From Candidatus Fervidifonticultor secundus (lineage in GTDB: Bacteria; Sysuimicrobiota; Sysuimicrobiia; Sysuimicrobiales; Humicultoraceae): 64,000 bases of DNA. Shown one piece after another: positions 54,862 to 64,000 of the stretch. The stretch lies in assembly GCA_031459385.1 (NCBI GenBank), contig JAVKIP010000015.1:13490-77489 (forward strand). The letters are read 5' to 3'. The position numbers were made by a program, and so were the translations under genes. Under the pieces are notes generated by a model. The model saw nothing but the letters and a program-made list of their open reading frames with translations. It was not told where the DNA came from and ran no database searches. Within the stretch, counting starts at the first letter, position 1, and each line of letters starts with the position of its first letter.

Positions 54862-56591
54862 CCCAGCGTGAACGCCGTGCGCCCCCGGCCGCCCCAGCGG
54901 TTGGCCAGGGCGGTGCCGGCCGCCACCAGGCCCATGGCCACCACGCCCAGCGCTGCCGCCGCGCCGCGGCCCAGGGGACTCTGCGAGTAGACGTAGATCC
55001 CGTAGGAGAGCGGGCTCTGCTCGATGCGGGTGACCAGGATGATCGTGGCGCTGAACTCCACGGCGGCGGTGACGAAGACCAGCAGCCCGCCGGCGACGAC
55101 CCCGCCGGCGATCAGGGGCAGCACGACGCGGCGGAACGCGCGCAGGCGCGGCGCCCCGGCCACGGCGGCTGCGTCTTCCAGCGAGACGTGCACCTGGTGG
55201 AACGCGGCGTGGCTCGCGCGCAGCGCGTACGGCAGCCGGCGCACCATGAACGCCAGCGGGAAGATGAGCCACGTGGAGGTGAGCGGCACCCCCAGGCCCG
55301 GCAGCGGCATCGCGTAGAAGACCCGGAGGAAGCCGATGCCGATGACGACGCCGGGCAGGGCGATGGGCATCATGGCCACGGCATCGAGCAGGCCGCGGCC
55401 GGGGACGCGGCCACGGTGGAGCAGGTACGCCGTGGCCGTGGCCACCAGCGCGGCCGCCACCGCAGCGGCGACGCTGTAGCCCACAGTGTTCCAGACGAAC
55501 TGCGGCGCGCGCACGAAGATCTCGGTGTAGTGGCCCAGCGTGTAGGCGCTCGGCAGGTAGCTCAGGCTCCAGACCCTGCTGATCGACAGCACGGCGACCG
55601 CCAGGTGAGGGAGCAGCGCCAGGGCCAGCACGACCCCGCACAGGCTCGCGGCGGCGGCCAGCCGCCAGCCGTGCAGCGGGCGCCGTCCCTCCGCAGCCGG
55701 CGCACCGGTCAGCACCGTGGCGTACTCCCGCCGGGCCACCAGGCGGGTGGCCGCCACCACGCAGGCGATGGACAGCGCCACCATCACCACGCAGATCGCA
55801 TAGCCGTCTGTGTCGTCGCGGCCCACGGTGGTGATGCGCAGGTAGGCCTGCGGGCCCAGCATGTTCTTCACGTTGAGGATGAGCGGGGTGCCGATGTCGT
55901 CCACCGCGCGCACGAAGGCCAGCAGGGCCCCGGCGGCGTAAGCGGGCAGGACCAGCGGGAAGACCACGCGCCGCAGCAGGCGCCAGCCCCGGGCGCCCAT
56001 CACCTGTCCCATCTCCTCCAGGGACGGGTCCAGGCGGGCCAGGGCCGTGCTCACGGTGATGAAGATGAACGGGAAGAAGTGCAGCGCCTGGGCCACGATC
56101 ACGCCACGCAGCCCTTCCATGAGGTTGGCGCGCACGCCCACGAGGTCGCCGAGGAGCAGCGTCACGGTGCCGGCGCGGCCGAACACCTGCAGCAGCGCCA
56201 TGGCGCCGACGAAGGGCGGCAGCACCAGCGGCAGGGTGGCCAGGGTGACCACCAGGGCGCGGCCGGGGAAGTTGAAGCGCGCCACCACGAAGGCCAGCGG
56301 CAGCGCCAGGGCACTACCCAGCACGACGGTCCAGGTGCCGGCGACCAGGCTGTTGGCCAGCGACTCGCGGTAGAGGGGGGTCTGGAAGAAGCGCCCCAGG
56401 TGGGCCAGGGTGGGGCGCCCGTCGGCGTCGGTGAGGGCGACGGCCAGGACCGTGGCGATGGGTAGCAGGACGAAGAGGCCGAGCACGGCCAGCAGCACCA
56501 ACAGCAACCCCAGGTGCCCGGGGTCGACGCGAACCCGCCAGGCGGCGGGCAGCCGCGCCCGTGGCGCCGCGCGCAGCGACGGAACGGTCAC
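54858..56591 (-). CDS. ABC permease, FbpB-like (duplicated TM domains)
   Basis: Two EAA loops (DPSLEEMG..MGA; SLEDAA..AGA), PPFVGA, LPG.V.GIG. Start approximate. Confidence 0.9.
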   Translation of the reverse strand: MTVPSLRAAPRARLPAAWRVRVDPGHLGLLLVLLAVLGLFVLLPIATVLAVALTDADGRPTLAHLGRFFQTPLYRESLANSLVAGTWTVVLGSALALPLAFVVARFNFPGRALVVTLATLPLVLPPFVGAMALLQVFGRAGTVTLLLGDLVGVRANLMEGLRGVIVAQALHFFPFIFITVSTALARLDPSLEEMGQVMGARGWRLLRRVVFPLVLPAYAAGALLAFVRAVDDIGTPLILNVKNMLGPQAYLRITTVGRDDTDGYAICVVMVALSIACVVAATRLVARREYATVLTGAPAAEGRRPLHGWRLAAAASLCGVVLALALLPHLAVAVLSISRVWSLSYLPSAYTLGHYTEIFVRAPQFVWNTVGYSVAAAVAAALVATATAYLLHRGRVPGRGLLDAVAMMPIALPGVVIGIGFLRVFYAMPLPGLGVPLTSTWLIFPLAFMVRRLPYALRASHAAFHQVHVSLEDAAAVAGAPRLRAFRRVVLPLIAGGVVAGGLLVFVTAAVEFSATIILVTRIEQSPLSYGIYVYSQSPLGRGAAAALGVVAMGLVAAGTALANRWGGRGRTAFTLG

Positions 56592-56616
56592 GGTCGGCAG
56601 GAGGCGCTGGCCGCGG

Positions 56617-57975
56617 CTACCGCCGGCGGGTCGCCTCCTCGGCCTGGGCCGCGAGCTGCGCCGCGCGCGTGTAGCTCTGGCGCGCCACCTCGCCCCACTC
56701 GCGCTCCTTGGCGCTGCGGTAGGCCGCGTCGCGCTCCATGCCACCGCTCACCTCTGCGGCCATCCGCTCACTGACGTGGACGTACCGCGCCGAGGCGATG
56801 GCCTGGCGCAGCAGCCGCTCCGCCTCGGTGACGTCGCGCCCCGCCTGCCTGGCGGCGTCCACCGCCTGCTGGGCGCGGTAGATGGCACCCCAGGCCTGCT
56901 TGAGCTCCGCGTGGCGGAACGTGATGATCTGATCGTACATGCGGTTGGTGACCTGGTACCGGCTGGCCGAGAGATCGGCGTTGAACTGCACGCCTGCCTT
57001 CATCTTGAAGGGGTTAGGCATGCCCTTCGGCGCCTCGGCGTAGAGCGTGGCGCGCACCGGCAGGCGGCCGATCTCGGGCCGGAACAGCAGGCGCTGCCCG
57101 TCGTCGCTCAGCAGGTAGTTCACGAAGCGCCGGGCGCCGTCGGGGTTCGGCCCGCCCCGGACGATGCCCACGTTGGCGGGCACGACGGAGGTCAGCGTGG
57201 GGTAGACGAAGTCGATGGGCTGCCCCGACGCGATGGCCGACAGCGCGAAGAAGTCGATCACCACGCCCAGGCCGTAGTGGCCGGCGATGACGGCCTCGGG
57301 TACGCCAAACGAGCGCTCGGTGATGGCCCCCATGTTGCCGCCCATCTGGATCAGCAGTTCCCACCCCTTCTGCCAGCCGTAGCCCTGCAGGATCGTCTCG
57401 ACGGTCAGGTGCGTGGTGCCGCTGCGGCTGGGCGCGGAGATGACCAGGTGCCCGTAGTAGACGGGCTTGATGAGATCGTCCCACTCCCGCGGCGCCGGCA
57501 GCCGGTGGCGCTCCAGGTAGGTCTTGTTCCACATGATGCCGTAGCCCGAGACCGCGAAGCCGTGGAAGAACCCATCGCTGTCGCTGATGGGGAAGCCGGC
57601 GACCCGCTCGGGAATGCCGCGCCGGAGCTCGGCGGGTGGGGCGTAGCGGTCGAGCAAGTTGTTGGCCTTCAGGTAGATGAACGCGTCGACAGCGCTGGCC
57701 CAGAAGATGTCCACGTCGGGCCGCGCGCCGCGCTCGCGCACGTGGGTGATGGCGGCCGAGGTGGGTTTGGGCACGACCACCATCGTCCAGCCGGGGTTGG
57801 CGCGCTCGAACGCCGCCTTGTAGGCGTCGAATAGTTCCTTGGGGAACGACGTCAGGACCACGACCTGCTGGCTCTGGGCGCGTAGCGGCGCCGGCGCCAG
57901 CGCTGCGATGACCAGGAGCAGCGCCGGCAGGAGGGCACGGAGGGACAGGCGGGCAGGTCTGCGCATGCGGATCAC
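56617..57975 (-). CDS. ABC substrate-binding protein (Fe3+/PgtC-like)
   Basis: Signal peptide, VLTSFPKE, DIFWASA.DAF, PSRSGTTH..VE.ILQ..GW, ERSFGVP, IDFF, RLPV. Confidence 0.88.
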   Translation of the reverse strand: MIRMRRPARLSLRALLPALLLVIAALAPAPLRAQSQQVVVLTSFPKELFDAYKAAFERANPGWTMVVVPKPTSAAITHVRERGARPDVDIFWASAVDAFIYLKANNLLDRYAPPAELRRGIPERVAGFPISDSDGFFHGFAVSGYGIMWNKTYLERHRLPAPREWDDLIKPVYYGHLVISAPSRSGTTHLTVETILQGYGWQKGWELLIQMGGNMGAITERSFGVPEAVIAGHYGLGVVIDFFALSAIASGQPIDFVYPTLTSVVPANVGIVRGGPNPDGARRFVNYLLSDDGQRLLFRPEIGRLPVRATLYAEAPKGMPNPFKMKAGVQFNADLSASRYQVTNRMYDQIITFRHAELKQAWGAIYRAQQAVDAARQAGRDVTEAERLLRQAIASARYVHVSERMAAEVSGGMERDAAYRSAKEREWGEVARQSYTRAAQLAAQAEEATRRR

Positions 57976-57991
57976 CTCGCTTCAGGAAGAA

Positions 57992-62374
<4,383 letters not shown>

Positions 62375-62434
62375 GGGTTCACCTTACCATGCCGGGCCCG
62401 ACGTGGGACCCTCATGCCCGGCGTCGGTGCCGGC

Positions 62435-63250
62435 CTACCCGCCCAGTTCCCGGGCCCGCTCCGTCGCCCGGCGCACGGCTTCGATGACGGCCGGCTTGAA
62501 GCCGCGCGCTTCCAGCACCGCCAGGGCGGCGCGCGTGGTGCCGCCGGGTGAGGTGACGCGGTGCCGGAGGTCGGCGGGGTCGGCGCCGGTGTCGCGCACC
62601 AGGCGTGCTGCGCCCAGCACGGTCTGCAGGGCCAGCGCACGGGCCGGGTCGGGCGGGATGCCCACGGCGACCGCTGCCTCGATCAACGACTCGATGAGCA
62701 GGTAGACGTAGGCCGGCCCGCTGCCAGAGACAGCCGTCACAGCGTTCATCCAGCCTTCGTCGACTTCGATGGTCTCGCCCACCAGGTCGAAGAGCGCCCG
62801 GGCCAGCGCGCGGTGCTCGTCCCGGACGTGCCGGCCGCAGGCGATCGCCGTCGCGCCCGCGCGGACCGCCATGGGGAGGTTGGGCATGGCGCGGATGACC
62901 GGCGCACCGTCCACGTAGCGCTCGACCGCCTCGCTCGTCACGCCCGCCAGCACGGTGATTATCAGGTGCCGGGAGGTGACCGCCGGCGCCAGCTCGACCA
63001 TGGCCTCGTGGAGGTCCTGGGGCTTCATGGCCAGGATCAGGATCGAGGCCGCCCGGCAGAGGCCGGGCTTGTCGCCGACGGGCACGATCCCCCACTGCTG
63101 CCGCAGGGCCTCGAGCCGGTCCACCCGGCTGCGCGTGGTCACCAGGATCCGGTCGCCCCCCACGCCGGCTGCGCGCAGCCCCCTGACCAGCGCCTCGGTG
63201 AAGTTGCCGGCGCCCACGAAGCCGATCGTTGCGTTCATGGCTGTCACCAT
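62435..63250 (-). CDS. proC: Pyrroline-5-carboxylate reductase
   Basis: GFVGAGN, LAMKPQ, RAMPN, TAVSGSGPAY, VTSPGGTT. Preceded by a Pro T-box. The start could be 63238. Confidence 0.96.
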   Translation of the reverse strand: MVTAMNATIGFVGAGNFTEALVRGLRAAGVGGDRILVTTRSRVDRLEALRQQWGIVPVGDKPGLCRAASILILAMKPQDLHEAMVELAPAVTSRHLIITVLAGVTSEAVERYVDGAPVIRAMPNLPMAVRAGATAIACGRHVRDEHRALARALFDLVGETIEVDEGWMNAVTAVSGSGPAYVYLLIESLIEAAVAVGIPPDPARALALQTVLGAARLVRDTGADPADLRHRVTSPGGTTRAALAVLEARGFKPAVIEAVRRATERARELGG

Positions 63251-63258
63251 CCTGCCGA

Positions 63259-63296
63259 AAACGATACACGCCCCTCCGCCAAGGGCGGAGGGGCGT
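63259..63296 (-). terminator. T-box terminator hairpin
   Basis: ACGCCCCTCCGCC-CTT-GGCGGAGGGGCGT followed by GTATCGTTTT on the minus strand. Confidence 0.8.
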
Positions 63297-63505
63297 CCGC
63301 GGTACCACCTCGGTTCGCGGGCGCCTCGTTCTGTGAGGACGCCCGCGCGCTCAGCGTGCGATCTCGGGCACGACCCGGCGGCCTTGCCTGCAGGCAGCTA
63401 CGGCCGCGGCTCTGGAGGTGGGTTCGCCGGCGACGGCGGCACCGGGCTCACACCCTCCCCGGCTCGCTCTTCCCGCGCCTGCCGCTACTGGTCTCCGTCA
63501 TGGCC
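63259..63505 (-). ncRNA. T-box riboswitch (proline specifier)
   Basis: Minus strand: ATGA..GAG.CCAGTAG stem I start, AGCGA and GGTGTGA distal motifs, specifier GAA-CCC-A (Pro, forward 63420-63422), T-box AACCGAGGTGGTACCGCG, then a terminator. Confidence 0.9.
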
Positions 63506-63522
63506 AGCCTACGGTGCGATTG

Positions 63523-63551
63523 AACGTAGCACGGAGCGGACGTGGGGTCAA
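63523..63551 (-). promoter_or_regulatory. Sigma70 promoter of the T-box/proC leader
   Basis: TTGACC, 17 bp spacer, TG-C-TACGTT (extended -10). Confidence 0.6.
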
Positions 63552-63605
63552 GCGGCGCCGCCCCCATCGCTTGCAGTGCGTCGTCATATCCGCGAACCCG
63601 TGGGG

Positions 63606-63995
63606 CTACGACCAGAACTCCTCCCATGCATGGAGAGCATAGAAGTGTTCCCGACCGGAGATCGCTCGGCCGTTCTTGAATTCGAAGAGGATGCAGCAGT
63701 CAACATTCAAGCGCCGGCCATTTCGCACCCCGCTGTTTTGGTGCATGCCGACGACTCGGCCGTCGTCATCTGAAAGCACGTGCCGCAATTCCGCCTTGAA
63801 GGTGCCTCCCGTCTCCGCTCCATACCGGGCAAATTGGGCAAAGAGCGCATCGCGGCCTTCTCGGTCGCCGGCGATAGAGCCTCGGCCCGGCGTGTGCCAC
63901 GAGGCGTTCTCGTCGAACAGCTCGGCAAGCGTCTTCATGTCACCCGTGTTGAAGGCGTGGTAACCGCATCGAACATTCTCGGCGTTCTTATGCAT
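63606..63995 (-). CDS. SnoaL-like / NTF2 family protein
   Basis: N...V..GY.AFN.GD...L..LF.E.A.W..PG...IAG...G, F.F.NGR, WEEFWS. Start near the window edge. Confidence 0.85.
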   Translation of the reverse strand: MHKNAENVRCGYHAFNTGDMKTLAELFDENASWHTPGRGSIAGDREGRDALFAQFARYGAETGGTFKAELRHVLSDDDGRVVGMHQNSGVRNGRRLNVDCCILFEFKNGRAISGREHFYALHAWEEFWS

Positions 63996-64000
63996 GGTGT

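Overview
A high-GC, densely coding bacterial chromosome segment with about 50 CDS, 3 tRNAs (Glu-TTC, Val-CAC, Thr-CGT) and a proline T-box riboswitch upstream of proC. The yybS-rplI-dnaB order, Gram-positive-type LexA boxes and T-box point to a Terrabacteria lineage, possibly Armatimonadota-like (inference only). I see no CRISPR array, transposase, integrase or prophage. Most of the content is housekeeping, transport and catabolism: RND efflux, Liv-type ABC, ugp glycerol-3-phosphate ABC, TAXI-TRAP, an Fe/PgtC-like ABC, Lhr helicase and UdgB. The most notable observations are: (1) dnaB has a 325-aa P-loop intein with an eroded homing endonuclease and two SOS boxes over its promoter and RBS; (2) a minimal regulatory module of a FliA-like sigma factor lacking region 3, a sensor-less LytS-type kinase and a LytTR regulator; (3) a roughly 200-bp relic of a whole two-component operon at 45.7-45.9 kb; (4) a Cys/Thr proline-racemase-family enzyme fused to an unknown N-terminal domain; (5) a small BldC/Xis-like HTH gene behind an AT-rich patch of phased repeats; (6) an uncharacterised catabolic cluster (creatininase-family hydrolase, class II aldolase, Tm-1-like protein, Zn-dehydrogenase, LacI, TAXI-TRAP). 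All calls rest on motif recognition by eye, with no database searches.
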